The translations under genes were made by a program, and so were the position numbers. DNA of 63,824 bases, the filler included, from Octopus bimaculoides (taxonomy: Eukaryota): assembly GCF_001194135.2 (NCBI RefSeq). It is 6 parts of 5 records of this genome, joined end to end, with 100 filler letters (N's around TTAATTAATTAA, not from the genome) between each part and the next. Parts side by side here need not be neighbours in the genome. Positions count along the whole stretch, not along the records: positions 37,762 to 41,843 come from NC_069002.1; positions 41,944 to 62,244 come from NC_068992.1; 4 more parts are not named here. One strand, 5' to 3'. Every line of letters starts with the position of its first letter. Within the stretch, counting starts at the first letter, position 1. This document shows positions 38,129 to 51,055 of the stretch, one piece after another. Below the pieces are notes generated by a model. The model made no database searches. It saw only the letters and a program-made list of their open reading frames with translations, and was not told the DNA's origin.

Positions 38129-39592
38129 NNNNNNNNNNNNNNNNNNNNNNNNNNNNNNNNNNNNNNNNNNNNNNNNNNNNNNNNNNNNNNNNNNNNNNNN
38201 NNNNNNNNNNNNNNNNNNNNNNNNNNNNNNNNNNNNNNNNNNNNNNNNNNNNNNNNNNNNNNNNNNNNNNNNNNNNNNNNNNNNNNNNNNNNNNNNNNNN
38301 NNNNNNNNNNNNNNNNNNNNNNNNNNNNNNNNNNNNNATATATATGTACATATAATTGTATATGTGTATACTTACACACACATGTATATTTAGGAGTTGT
38401 AAGTATATAGATACGTGTGTCTATACGAGTGTGTGTGTGTGCGTGTGTACGTGCGTGTGCGTGAGTGTGTGTGTGGTTCTGTTTGTATGTGTATATCACA
38501 TCACACCCCACACCTCGTCATCCACACACAGAAATATTCTCATCATACTAACGCACATGCGCACAGGCACGCGCAAACAGTGCTACCCAGAGCTATGCGG
38601 ATCACTATTTGGAGCCAACAGAAACCGGCGGCGTAAACGTATCCAGGAACATCTGCGACTATTATACTCACTCATGGACACAGACATATATACACATACA
38701 TATATATATATATANNNNNNNNNNNNNNNNNNNNNNNNNNNNNNNNNNNNNNNNNNNNNNNNNNNNNNNNNNNNNNNNNNNNNNNNNNNNNNNNNNNNNN
38801 NNNNNNNNNNNNNNNNNNNNNNNNNNNNNNNNNNNNNNNNNNNNNNNNNNNNNNNNNNNNNNNNNNNNNNNNNNNNNNNNNNNNNNNNNNNNNNNNNNNN
38901 NNNNNNNNNNNNNNNNNNNNNNNNNNNNNNNNNNNNNNNNNNNNNNNNNNNNNNNNNNNNNNNNNNNNNNNNNNNNNNNNNNNNNNNNNNNNNNNNNNNN
39001 NNNNNNNNNNNNNNNNNNNNNNNNNNNNNNNNNNNNNNNNNNNNNNNNNNNNNNNNNNNNNNNNNNNNNNNNNNNNNNNNNNNNNNNNNNNNNNNNNNNN
39101 NNNNNNNNNNNNNNNNNNNNNNNNNNNNNNNNNNNNNNNNNNNNNNNNNNNNNNNNNNNNNNNNNNNNNNNNNNNNNNNNNNNNNNNNNNNNNNNNNNNN
39201 NNNNNNNNNNNNNNNNNNNNNNNNNNNNNNNNNNNNNNNNNNNNNNNNNNNNNNNNNNNNNNNNNNNNNNNNNNNNNNNNCCGATCTTATATATATATAT
39301 GATATATCTACGTATGTATCTATGTTCGTATGCATGTAATAAGAAGCGAGATATTAGATATACCGGCGGTGGAAAGACTTATACGCTAAGATTCTGTACG
39401 TAATGTGCAGTGTTCTTGAAATCTTAAGACGTTCTGACATTTTAATAACTGTCAGTGTGTATAGAGTTTTGCCCTGTGTCACAATTAATTTCGGTATTCA
39501 TCACCGCCAACCAATAGCTGCAACCTTTATTAATCGATTGCTTTCGATGGAGATACATGCATATAGTTGTCTACATATATCTCTTTCATGCC

Positions 39593-39634
<42 letters not shown>

Positions 39635-39775
39635 TTCTCTTTGTCTAATGCCTTCTTTCTCACCATTTCTCTTTCTCATTTAGCGTATTTCCAAAATAGC
39701 GCAATCTGTATTTCCTTATTTCTATTCTATACGTTTGTCTCTCCCCTTCTTTCTCACTCACACACTCTCTCTGTC

Positions 39776-39830
<55 letters not shown>

Positions 39831-40785
39831 GTATGGTAAAGAAATTTGCTTCCCAGTCACGTGATCACATAGCGTGGTACACGAGACCGATAGAGTAAGT
39901 ACCAATCTTTGAATTAGCCTGTGGCCTATTTTATTGTCTAGGAGGTAGTGTTGTAGCATGAACGTAGTTTAATGACTGCAACAAATGTAAAAATAGCGGT
40001 GTGTGTGTGTGTGTGTGCCTGCGCGCGCGCTTTTGTATGTGTGTGTGCCTGCGCGCGCGCTTTTGTGTGTGTGTGTGCCTGTCCGTCTGTGTTTGTGTTC
40101 AAAATACCTAGATGGCAAATGGAAGTAGAAGAAAGTACACAATAGCATGTAGTATATGTTTAAACTGAATTCCTTTCTCATGTGCTATAAGTTTCAAGCC
40201 ATTAGAATCTGCAGGTGAGCTCTTATCTGAATATTGCACTGCATTGAATGAGGAGATACTAGATAAAATTTCATTCACGTGCTCGAGCGTGTGTGTGCGT
40301 GCGTATATGTGCGTATGTATGTATGCGTACACACACAAACACACACACGCGCGCATGCAGACACACACATACTCTTATATATATATATATATGCATATAT
40401 ATGAGTATGTATAGGTGAATGTGCGAATGTGTGTGTCTGGATATGTGTATGTATGCATATGTATGTTATGTTTACGGTCTAGAAACTCATATATTTAATG
40501 TCAGCGTTCGTTTATGTCACCTTAACCTAGTGGTTCGACATATAAAGATTGATAAAATATATATACCAGACAGAAATAAAATAAGTTCTGGGTCGATAGA
40601 ATACGATCAAATCTTCACAGGCAGTACCCGTAGCATGGCTGTTGTCCAATGACTGAAGAGATAAAAAGTATAAAAGTATAAAAGAATATAGGCGCTAATA
40701 TCCCAGCACCCAAATTATGCGTAAGTGTATGCTTATACTTACTTATACACACACACATGCACACACGCACGCACACACACACACG

Positions 40786-40817
<32 letters not shown>

Positions 40818-40936
40818 GACGCGCGCGCATATATATATATATATATACACATATATACTTATGTACGCACGTATGTATGTTTTCATCAATTTGACTTCGT
40901 ATTTTTCAGAAAGCTTATCTGGCAGACTGACAACCG

Positions 40937-40984
<48 letters not shown>

Positions 40985-41117
40985 NNNNNNNNNNNNNNNN
41001 NNNNNNNNNNNNNNNNNNNNNNNNNNNNNNNNNNNNNNNNNNNNNNNNNNNNNNNNNNNNNNNNNNNNNNNNNNNNNNNNNNNNNNNNNNNNNNNNNNNN
41101 NNNNNNNNNNNNNNNNN

Positions 41118-41177
<60 letters not shown>

Positions 41178-41299
41178 TATGTGAAAGAAAGAGAGAGAGA
41201 GACAGACTGTCAGACAGATAGATAGACAAATAGCTAGATAAAAAAAAGAGACGAATAATCAGACAGTCTGTTAGATAGACTAATAGTTAGTTAGTTAGT

Positions 41300-41374
<75 letters not shown>

Positions 41375-41672
41375 GTTGTCAAGTAGTAAGTAGGTAGTCA
41401 GGTAGTTTTGTATGTTAGTACTTTGGTTAGATGGAAGAGTTGCCACGGTGACAAATGTACAGCCCAACCGACATACAGACATTTCGACACACAGACAGAG
41501 CTATCAGTCAGTTATCAGACAAGATTGATATAAGATTATTGCAGTTGATATAAGTAGCGGGGTGGGGAGGGATTGTCTGGTGTGTATATTATATCTAACT
41601 TAATGATATTGGGGACAGACTGTACGCATACATACATATATATATATATATATACATACTAGCATACATACA

Positions 41673-41708
<36 letters not shown>

Positions 41709-42274
41709 CAGAGAGAGAGCAAATATACATGCATACATATATCTGCATTCATATACGTATATATCTATATACACACGCACACACATGGCACATACGCACA
41801 CACACATACACACATATATGTATATATATATATATATATATATNNNNNNNNNNNNNNNNNNNNNNNNNNNNNNNNNNNNNNNNNNNNTTAATTAATTAAN
41901 NNNNNNNNNNNNNNNNNNNNNNNNNNNNNNNNNNNNNNNNNNNTGGTGGTAGTGGTGGTGGTGGTGGTGGTGGTGCCAGTGGTAGTGATGGTGGTTTTAG
42001 TGGTGGTCATGGTCATGGTGATGATTTATGATGGTGATGGTAATGACGGTGATGATGATGAAGGTGATGGCAAGGTGATAAAAGTGATGATGATGATGAT
42101 GATGATGATGAGATGAAATGTAATTACATTTTGCCATATAATTAAAATTAAAATTTTCTTTCCTGCAGCTTTATTAGATTTCACTTAATCTAGTAGTGTA
42201 GCGGGGAGGATGGGTCGGAGGTTGGGATGATTCGACTCCTTTTTAAAGGAAGGTTTAGAATTTTGTACCTTAGC

Positions 42275-42450
42275 ATAGGCGTAGGAGTGGCTGTGTGGTA
42301 AGTAGCTTGCTTACCAACCACATGGTTCTGGGTTCAGTCCCACTGCGTGGCACCTTGGGCAAGTGTCTTCTACTATAGCCACGGGCCGNNNNNNNNNNCT
42401 TATCTGCATCTTGGGTATTTCGTCGTAGTACGTCAGCTAGATAATTTAGA

Positions 42451-42505
<55 letters not shown>

Positions 42506-42692
42506 CGTGTATATGTTTGTGTGTCTGTGTTTGTTCCTCCAACATCACTTGACAACCAATGGTGGTGTGCTTATGTCCCCGTAACTTAGTGGTTCAGCAA
42601 AAGAGGCCAATAGAATAAGTACTAGGCTTACAAAGAATAAGTCCTGGGGTCAATTTGCTCGACTAAAGGCAGTGCTCCAGCATGGCCACAGT
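42275..42692 (+). mobile_element. Full-length CORE-like SINE (family C) with an internal (TA)n(TG)n microsatellite
   Basis: Head ggcgtaggagtggctgtgtggtaag, B-box-like ggttcagtcc, CORE-like ggcaccttgggcaagtgtctt, internal microsatellite, 3' half ...gtgctccagcatggccacagt. Confidence 0.88.
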
Positions 42693-42909
42693 GGTAACCC
42701 TTAACAGGCAGCCTTACATGCTAGAAGGAGCAGTCAAAATGTCCAAAACCACACTTAAGAGCAATTTCGAAGGGAATGAAAAATAATATCTTTTACTCTG
42801 TTTTTTACAGCCATACCTAGGTTTCAAACTTTAATTAGCAAATAAAATAATTTGCTAGGCGAAGTTCTCATCAGTGGCTATGCCAAAACAATTAACATAT
42901 AGAGACAGA

Positions 42910-42953
<44 letters not shown>

Positions 42954-43036
42954 AATGTAACTACATGTGGATTGCTGGCAATTATTTTTTGTTTTTCCTC
43001 TGTCTTCCTTTTCTCTTGGACTTTCCTCTGTCTCTT

Positions 43037-43071
43037 GTTTCTGAAGAAGAGCTTTGCTCAAAATGTAAAAC
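43037..43071 (+). ncRNA. CpG-decayed minimal hammerhead motif in a Penelope-type terminal repeat remnant (~42990-43150)
   Basis: GTTT-CTGAAGA-a-GAGC-ttt-GCTC-AAAA-TGT-A-AAAC. Restoring two CpGs gives GCTC-GAAA-CGT-A, with GTTT/AAAC as helix I. Confidence 0.55.
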
Positions 43072-43242
43072 TACCTTTCTTTCCTTCCCTGAGTGTTTGT
43101 TAATACTTTGCATGTACCACATCCTTGTGTTGTTTTTTCTCCATTGTTTGGATTAACTATATATATATATATATATATAGTTAATCCCCCAAAAAATATA
43201 TATATATATAATATATATATATATATATAATGATTGGGCCAT

Positions 43243-43665
43243 ATGGAGGCAAAGTGGTTGAGTTCCTTTTGAATGTTGGGCTTCACAGAGGCAATGACCA
43301 GGACATTTGGCATCATGTCATGCTTAAGAAGAAGACCCATCAAGCTGAGCAAAAATCGCAGTTGTGGCAGATACCGGTATCACACAAATTGGCACTCGTG
43401 CCGGTAGCACATAAATGCACCTCGGTGTCATGCTGGTAGCACGTAAAAGTACCCATTACATTCTTGGAGTGGTTGGCATTACGAAGGGTATCCAGCCATA
43501 GAAAACCATGCCAAATCAGACTGGAGCCTGGTGCAGCCTTCCAGCATGCCAATCCAGTCAAACCATCCAACTCTTACCAGCATGGACAGCAGACTTTAAA
43601 TGATGATGATGATGATGATTATGATGGTGATGATGGTGATGACGATGATGATGATGATGATGATG
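43243..43665 (+). mobile_element. SINE-like family G with (TGA)n tail; partial copies at ~53740-53870 (-), ~56128-56330 (-), ~61490-61720 (+)
   Basis: Recurrent gagtggttggcattacgaagggtatccagccatagaaa...cagactggagcctggtgcagcc...cagcatgga...aaatgatgatgatg. Confidence 0.75.
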
Positions 43666-45794
43666 AGCTTCAGTACAGTTTCTGTAACTCTGTATAAAAT
43701 TCACTCACAGGTCACGACTTGGCCTGGAACTATAATAACAGACACTTGCCCAGCGTGCCACACAGTAGGACTGAACCTGAAACCATACTGCTGCAAAGCA
43801 AGCTCCTTAACCACATGGCTATGTGGAATTTAAAAAAAAAATGAAGCTGCAATTTCACATTTAGCAAAAAATGTGCGTTTTTATTTATTACATAATATAT
43901 TTATTAATTAAATATACATAATACAATTAACTTATTAATATATATTAAGTTGTTAAAAGGTCAGTTTACATTTTAATTTCTTACTTTAATATTAATAATG
44001 CATTTTGTTTGGATTTTTTTTGTTCTTTTTTTTTTACAATAAATGTGATTATATTTTTACAATGGGAAGAGACTCAAGTTGTAACAACCCACCCATTCAA
44101 CCCATGACAGCATGGGAAGCAGACGTAGAATGATGGCGATTGTGATGATGAGGATGATGGTGAAGATGATGCAAACGTAGATGATGATGATGATGATGGT
44201 TATTGTGATGTGATGATGATGATGATGATTGTGATGGTGAAGATGATGATGATGATGAAGTTGACGATGAAAGTGGTGGTGGTGGTGGTGGTGGTAATGA
44301 TGAAGGTGATGTTGATACTGATAACGATGATGATGTTAATGATAATGAATAAATGTAATTACATTATTTTCCCATATAATTAATAAAATTTTCTTTAATG
44401 CAACTTTAATCTAATGTTGCCTTGAAATTTCAAAAATAAAAAAATAAAGACAATTCTGTCCACACTAATGCATGACTAAAATTCTATTTTATCAACTTTG
44501 GAAGAATGAAAATAAAAATCAAGCTCTACAGGGTTTGAACTCACAACACAAAGAGCCAGAACTATTGTAAGATACTTAGTCTGTTGCTCTACGAATTCTG
44601 CTAATACCACATTTTCCCTCATACAATTTGAATGTTTCTGACCCAGATTTACAGTTTAAAAATCTAGGTCAACTTTAGAGGCGCAAAAATTTCCTGTGAA
44701 ATACAACAATATTTGGAAAGATGATAATGATGTTTCAATGTTTACGATGCATGTTTACACTACATGATTACACTACATGTTTGCAATATATACAACATGT
44801 ATACTGGAAAATTAATTAATGGCAGTTTCTTGAATCTGAGATAGATGATTCTGCAATTTCTTGTTTGCAATTTTCAGCACGAATAGTTTGTTTATAGTGA
44901 TCAAATGTTTGTGCTACACATAAGCTCGCTCCTTCCATCAAACTGACGCTACCTGTTACCTGTACAAGGTGCACAGTACACTGCATGGCAGATGTTGATG
45001 TGGTCACAGAGCAATGTAAGATGGAGTGTCTTGCTCAAGAACAAAATGCAATACTCAATCCAGCAATCACACCTTTGGTCTCCTGATCATAAGTGCAAAA
45101 CCTGAAGCACAAGGCCATTTGCCCAGACCATGCTGGAAAATGCAACAACCTCTATTAATGTAGACAGAAGAGCAGAGATTTTGAGGAAGTTGTGGTGGGA
45201 GGTTACTTCATGAGATCAATCCCAGTACTTGATAAGCAGTTTATTTTGTCAACAATGGAAGGCCAAAAGGCAAAGTGGATCTCAACAGGATTTGAATCCA
45301 GAATATTAAGAACCAGAAGAAATATCACGAGACACNNNNNNNNNNNNNNNNNNNNNNNNNNNNNNNNNNNNNNNNNNNNNNNNNNNNNNNNNNNNNNNNN
45401 NNNNNNNNNNNNNNNNNNNNNNNNNNNNNNNNNNNNNNNNNNNNNNNNNNNNNNNATATATATATATATATATATATATATACTCCACCTGGATGGGATG
45501 CCAGTCATCACAGGATTACTCGTTTTTGCCTGCAGAGTGGACTGGAGCAACGTGAAATGAAGTGTTTTGCTCATGAATACAACACATTGCCTGGTCCAGG
45601 AATCGAAACCACAATCTTACAATCATGAGTCCAACACCCTAACCACTAAGCCAGGCAGCTCCACAGTGGCAAGGTATCTTCATTAACTTCTCTAGCTCAA
45701 AGTAGATGCCACAGGTAGACTTAGGCAAGAAGATTTACTGGTTTACTATATATGGCAACAGAGTCCTGACTTGCTCTGATATCAGTTATTTTCT

Positions 45795-46191
45795 ATCTTT
45801 TAATCACTGTGGCCATGCTGGGGCACTACTTAAAAGGGTTTAGTCAAACACATCAACCTCAGTACTTATTTTTTTGTTTAAAGTCAAGTATTTATTTTAT
45901 CAATCTCTTTTGCCAAACCACTAAATTACAGGAACATAAACAAACACTGGTTGTCAAGCAGTAGGTGGGGACGGACACACATGCACATACACTCACACAC
46001 ACACAAAAACACATACACACACGCGATGGGCTTCTACACAGTTTCTGTCTACCAAATTCACCCACAAGGCTTTGCTTAGACCAGGGCTATTGCAAAAAAC
46101 ATTTGCCCAAGATAGGCAAATAGTAGAACTGAACCCAAGACCTCAAGGTTGCAATGTGAGCTTCTTAACCACATGGCCATGCTTGTACCTA
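45795..46191 (-). mobile_element. Full-length degenerate CORE-like SINE (family C)
   Basis: Both halves present around an internal (CA)n tract. Confidence 0.75.
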
Positions 46192-46844
46192 TCTTAAATG
46201 TTCAGTGACTACATTACTAAAAGATTATTGTTTCTACACACTGACTGCCTTTTCAAGTGCATATACACTGCACATATTTCAGTGCATACATACTTTGCAT
46301 GTTCAATTCATATAAACACAGAAGAAGAGAGAGAAAGGGGTAGAAAGAGAGAGGAGTAAAAAGAGAGAGACAGAGAGAGACAGAGAACACAGTTATGCCA
46401 TTCATTTCTTTGAGGCTGTTTTGGGGTAGATTCTTCATAAAACAAAGTCACATGTTTCCAAATTTCATAAAATCTCTATTGTTCTCTTACTAAATATTTT
46501 TATTTTGAAATATTTTCATCCAGACTGAACCTTAACCTTAAAAGATATGTTTTACTTTTTGCTAATTATTTTTGTTTTTATATTTAAATGAATAAACCAT
46601 TATGTTAATTTTTTTCAAGTTTTTATTTATGTATCTAAATAAAATTTAAAAAAATAATAATTCTGTAATTGTGTGTGCATTTCAATGGATATAGAATTTA
46701 TTTACATTAAATATATGCACATATTTAAGATTCACAAGCATGTGAATTGTTATCTATTTCAGATTTTCTGCCAAAATTTTAAAACTCAGTTGAGAACCAC
46801 TTAAACCTATATAACACTCTAAGTTATTGTAATGTAATGCGCAT

Positions 46845-47012
46845 AGGTGTAGGCGTGGCTGTGTGGTAAGAAGTTTGCTTCCTAACCACATGTTTCCAGG
46901 CTCAGTGTCTCTGAATTGCACCTTGGGCAAGTGTCTTCTACTGACTGTAGCTTCAGGCCAACCAAAGCTTTGTGAGTGGATTTGGCAGACAGAAAGTGAG
47001 AGAAGACCATTG
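46845..47012 (+). mobile_element. CORE-like SINE (family C) 5' half, interrupted by mariner at its TA tract
   Basis: ggtgtaggcgtggctgtgtggtaag...caccttgggcaagtgtcttctac...gtgagtggatttggcagacagaaag, then TA and a mariner TIR. Confidence 0.8.
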
Positions 47013-47014
47013 TA

Positions 47015-47695
47015 TTGGGTCATTCCATAAATAATGCAACGTTTTTATACGTCTTTTATTTTTCAAAATTAAGATAAACAATGGTCTTTTTTAATCTAAA
47101 ATATACTCTCTTTCATTTTCTACAATGCTCTTCCATCTATCTGGTAGACTTGCAAAGCCCCTCTTCCAAAATTCACTTGTCTGTGATGAAAAATACTCCT
47201 CTAGTACTGTTCTGACCTCATCTACAGAATTCATATTTTTTCCATCCAAAGGGTTTTGAAAACTGTGGAATAAATGATAGTCAGATGGAGCAATGTCCGG
47301 TGAATATGGTACATGGGGTATTGTTTCCCATTCAAACAGCTCCAGCCTTTGAAATGTCATCCTCGCTGTATGTGGTCAAGCATTATCCTGATGGAAGAAC
47401 AACCTTTCATCTTGAAACCAAAGATGCTCAAGCTAATCGCAGTAGATCTCCTTTGTTATCATTTGGTTTGGGTTTAAAAGTTCAAAGTGGACTAAACCTT
47501 TCATGTTCCACCAAATAGATAGCATCACCTTACATGGGGGAAGATCTTCTTTAGCCTGGGATGCTAGTGTTTCTCCTTTCCCTATCCACTGTCTTCAGCA
47601 CTTGACACTTTTATAGAGAACCCATTTCTCATCACCAGTCGCTATTTGATCCAAAAAAGGTTCATTCGTGAGACGTGACAACAAAGAAGAGCATA
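47015..47695 (-). mobile_element. Mariner transposase C-terminal remnant (DD34D type) with right TIR
   Basis: Minus: DQIATGDEKWVLY...KVMLSIWWNMKGLVHFELL...HQDNA*PH...PYSPDIAPSDYHLFHSFQN...FWKRGFASLPDRWKSIVENEREY. TIR ttgggtcattccataaataatg next to TA (47013-47014). Confidence 0.93.
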
Positions 47696-47989
47696 CATTA
47701 CTATTTTATTCTGGTGGGCCCCAATAGAAACTTCTTTCAAAATTCCTATTTTGTTTTCCACTCATAAACTTGTGTGGGTTTAACTATGTGAAATGTTAGA
47801 GAAAGAAACCTAGCTGTTTATTGCAATACATACTAATACATAAATCTAAAGCAACATTTTTTTCAGGAGCCCTTAAAATACAATTTTGGATACCCAATTT
47901 ATTATTTTATTGTGTGGGCCCTGCCAAATCTTATATGGACCCTCAGGGGCCATATGGAGCCCGGATGAGAACCACTGATCTAGAGTAAG

Positions 47990-48230
47990 AACCCACTGCG
48001 AAGGTGTATGGCTTAGTGGTTCAGATATTCAGCTAGCAGTTGTAAGGTCACAAGATCAATACCTGGTGGAACATTGCATCCTTGAGCAAGACACTTTATT
48101 TCACGCTGCTCTAGTCAACTCAGCCGGTAAAAATGAGTAATATCTATAATTCAAATGGCCAACCTTGTCACATTCTGTGTCATTCTCGATCTCTCTGAGA
48201 ACTACGTTAATGGTAAATGTGTCTGTGGAG
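47990..48230 (+). mobile_element. Degenerate SINE family D copy
   Basis: ggcttagtggtt...tccttgagcaagacactttatttcac...gagaactacgttaatggtaaatgtgtctgtggag. Confidence 0.7.
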
Positions 48231-48342
48231 TCTCGGGGCCTGGCAGTTTTAGGGGTACAATGCTTAATATGTGTATTATTTGAAGATTTGGTTGTTATTT
48301 TTAGCAGTCAGACTGACCTTATGGAGACTCCTTCTCTCTTAA

Positions 48343-48926
48343 ACCATTTAGCATTCAGATTACTTTGTCAAATATAATGCTTATTTATTAACAGTTTTGA
48401 ATTCATCATGCATTATGTCATAGCTTCAAGATTTCAATGATGTGACTGTTTTTTTTTTAGAATGACATTGTAAAATAGGTGTGAGAGGCCAAATCTGACT
48501 AGGTTTAATATACAACAGGGAGAATATTTGGGCCAGATAAAAAAAAAAAGGGGTGACCCCCTTCAGTCATGAATGACCATGGGATTGCACCCAGAAAGTT
48601 GCCCTCCGAGGCACAAGTCCAGGCAAGGTTGTTTTATGGAAGACCAGCAGTCGCCCATGCATACCGGTCTCCCCTCTCCACGCCACTGATATTATCCAAG
48701 GGAAAGGCAAAGGCTGATACAGCTTGGCACCAGTGACATTGCAATTCATGGACTATAGTTGCATGAACTGGAGTAACGTGTAATAAAGTGTTTTGCTCAA
48801 GGACACAACACGCAGCCCGATCCATGAGTCGAACTCACAACCTCACAATCGTAACCTCAACACTCAAACCACTGAGCCAAGCACCTTCACATTTGGGCCA
48901 GATATGGCCAGTTTAAATACTAGAGG
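48343..48926. mobile_element. piggyBac-type MITE (TTAA target), interrupted by a SINE
   Basis: TTAA-accatttagcattcag...aaatactagagg-TTAA. The body aligns with the uninterrupted copy at 57629-57843. Confidence 0.7.
48540..48890 (-). mobile_element. tRNA-headed SINE (D-type core, different tail, poly-T end) with 14-bp TSD
   Basis: Flanked by atttgggccagata at 48526-48539 and 48891-48904. Minus head tggctcagtggtt...gagttcgactc, core gttgtgtccttgagcaaaacactt. Confidence 0.85.
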
Positions 48927-49470
48927 TTAATGTATTTGGTATTATAAGCTAGCAGATCTGTCAGGTAAAATGCTTAGTAGCATTTCATCCATCTTTAAGT
49001 TCTGAGTTCAAATTGAGCTGAGGTCAACTTGCATTTCATCCTCTCATTCCCATCCTTCAAAATTGCTGGCCTTGTGCCAAAATAAGAAAGGAATAGTTAA
49101 TAGAGCCTTGTAAAAATTTAAGTATCCGTGGTTTCTGGCCAATAAATAACTGGGATATTCAGTGCATTGTTTTGCTCTGGGGCCCATAATGTTGAAAATA
49201 CAGCACTGACTGGTCAGTTAGGACACTGAGCTGAGCTTAAAACGACAACAACAAGGTATTTGAAAGTGAAATTTCACAAAAGGAAACAAAAGAAAGGAGG
49301 AAGGAATATTTTGGGGGTTTTTTTTTATATAACAATTTAATCACTTCCTTCATACTTAGTATTCTGAAGTAAACTACTTCAGATATAAGTGGTCAACACA
49401 ACACCACCAACACTACCACCACCTACCACAAGCAACGACCATCACAACAAGCCTCCACCACCACCACCAC

Positions 49471-49501
<31 letters not shown>

Positions 49502-50344
49502 TCTTTCTTTCTTCCCTGAGCAGAATTTCTGACCAGATTTGGCCAAAGTCACTTGCTGCTGCTAACCACTTTTGTATTTCTGAAGAATTTTTAACAATAA
49601 GAGATAGAAAAATATTATTTATGCACACGCATACACATGCACACACACACACACACATACACACGTGCATGCATATATACATACATTGACCTACATACAT
49701 ACATACATACATATAACTCACACACACACACACACACACACACCAACCCATAAGTCACACACCCATACATCCATCCACAAACATCCACACCAACACACAC
49801 ACACACATGCATCATTGCCTAACACCCATACATATGCATGCACACACACACACACACACAAGGAAAGGCAGGACTAGACAGAGAAGAGGAGAGAGAGAGT
49901 AGAGAAAAGAGAGGAGGCTAGAGAGAGAGTAGGCTAGAGAGAGAGGAACGAGAGAAAAAAAGGCAGGTAAAAAGGAGAAGTGGGAGAAAGACAAAAAATA
50001 AACTAAATTTTTAATNNNNNNNNNNNNNTAAAAAGGAGAAGTGGGAGAAAAACAAAAAATAAACTAAATTTTTAATTTTCTCAGTTTTCCTTTTTTTTTT
50101 GCTGTTGCTTTTGTAAAACAAAAAAAAAATGAAAATTGTGATATTTAAAATAACATTTCTAACTTCTGTAAATGAAAAAGAAAAAATGAAAATAAGGAAA
50201 ATTCTGAAACATATTTGCATATATTTCATTAAAACCAGGGCTTGTAAATAAGTACATAAATAATTAAAATGATGAAAACAAAAAATAAATTTTCCATGGG
50301 TTACTTTTATTTTTTTGTAGTGGGTTCAGAAACATTCTTCATAC

Positions 50345-50745
50345 TTTCTATGTCTTGTCATAAAGGAATTTATAGTCACATCACATTTTGGCAGAGCTGA
50401 CTGGATTTATTTATGACAAGATAAATGTAACTCATCATTAGTTAATGGTCATAGTCACTACTTATGCTGAGTCTTCTCATAATGCAGTTTACAGTCACAA
50501 TATCTGCTGTTTTGTCTTCATAAATCAGTTTAGAGTCACTACAGGTGTTGTGATTTGTCATAAGTCAGTTTATAATCACAGTCACTAATATCTGCTGTTT
50601 CAACATAAATTGGTTTACAGTCGCTATGGATGTTGTGACTTGTCATAAATCAGTCTAGTCGTAGTCATGGTACACATGCATCTTGTCATAATTTAGTTTA
50701 CAACCGGAGTAATTATACATACATCTTGTCATAAATAAGTTACAC
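50345..50745. repeat. Degenerate ~40-bp minisatellite (ttgtcataaatcagtttacagtcac...)
   Basis: About six recurrences of the ttgtcataa core on + and one inverted (ttatgacaag, ~50412). Confidence 0.7.
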
Positions 50746-50829
50746 AAGATAAGGAGTGGCTTATATCTGTGACCAAGTGCAACGGGTCAAAATGTGTCAG
50801 AAGTCAAGTTTATGATCAGAGCAATTTTT

Positions 50830-51055
50830 TTTTTCTTTCAACTATAGGCACAAGGCCTGAAGTTTTGGGGATGAGGCTAGTAAATTACATCAACCAACCC
50901 CAGTACTCAATTGGTGTTTATTTTATTGACCCTGAAGGGATGAAATACAAAATCAACCTCAGCGGAATTTGAAACTTTGAACATAAAGCTGGGAGAAATG
51001 CCACTAAGCATTCTGTCCAGTGCAGTAACAATCCTGCAATGTTTTTGCTGCCCTT
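50830..51055 (-). mobile_element. Degenerate SINE family M, tail A
   Basis: ctttcaactataggcacaaggcctgaag...cccagtactcaattggtg...aacctcagcggaatttgaa. Confidence 0.7.

Noticed and set aside
49971-50077. ~45-bp direct repeat on either side of a short N run
   Set aside because: Most simply an unmerged contig overlap at a gap.
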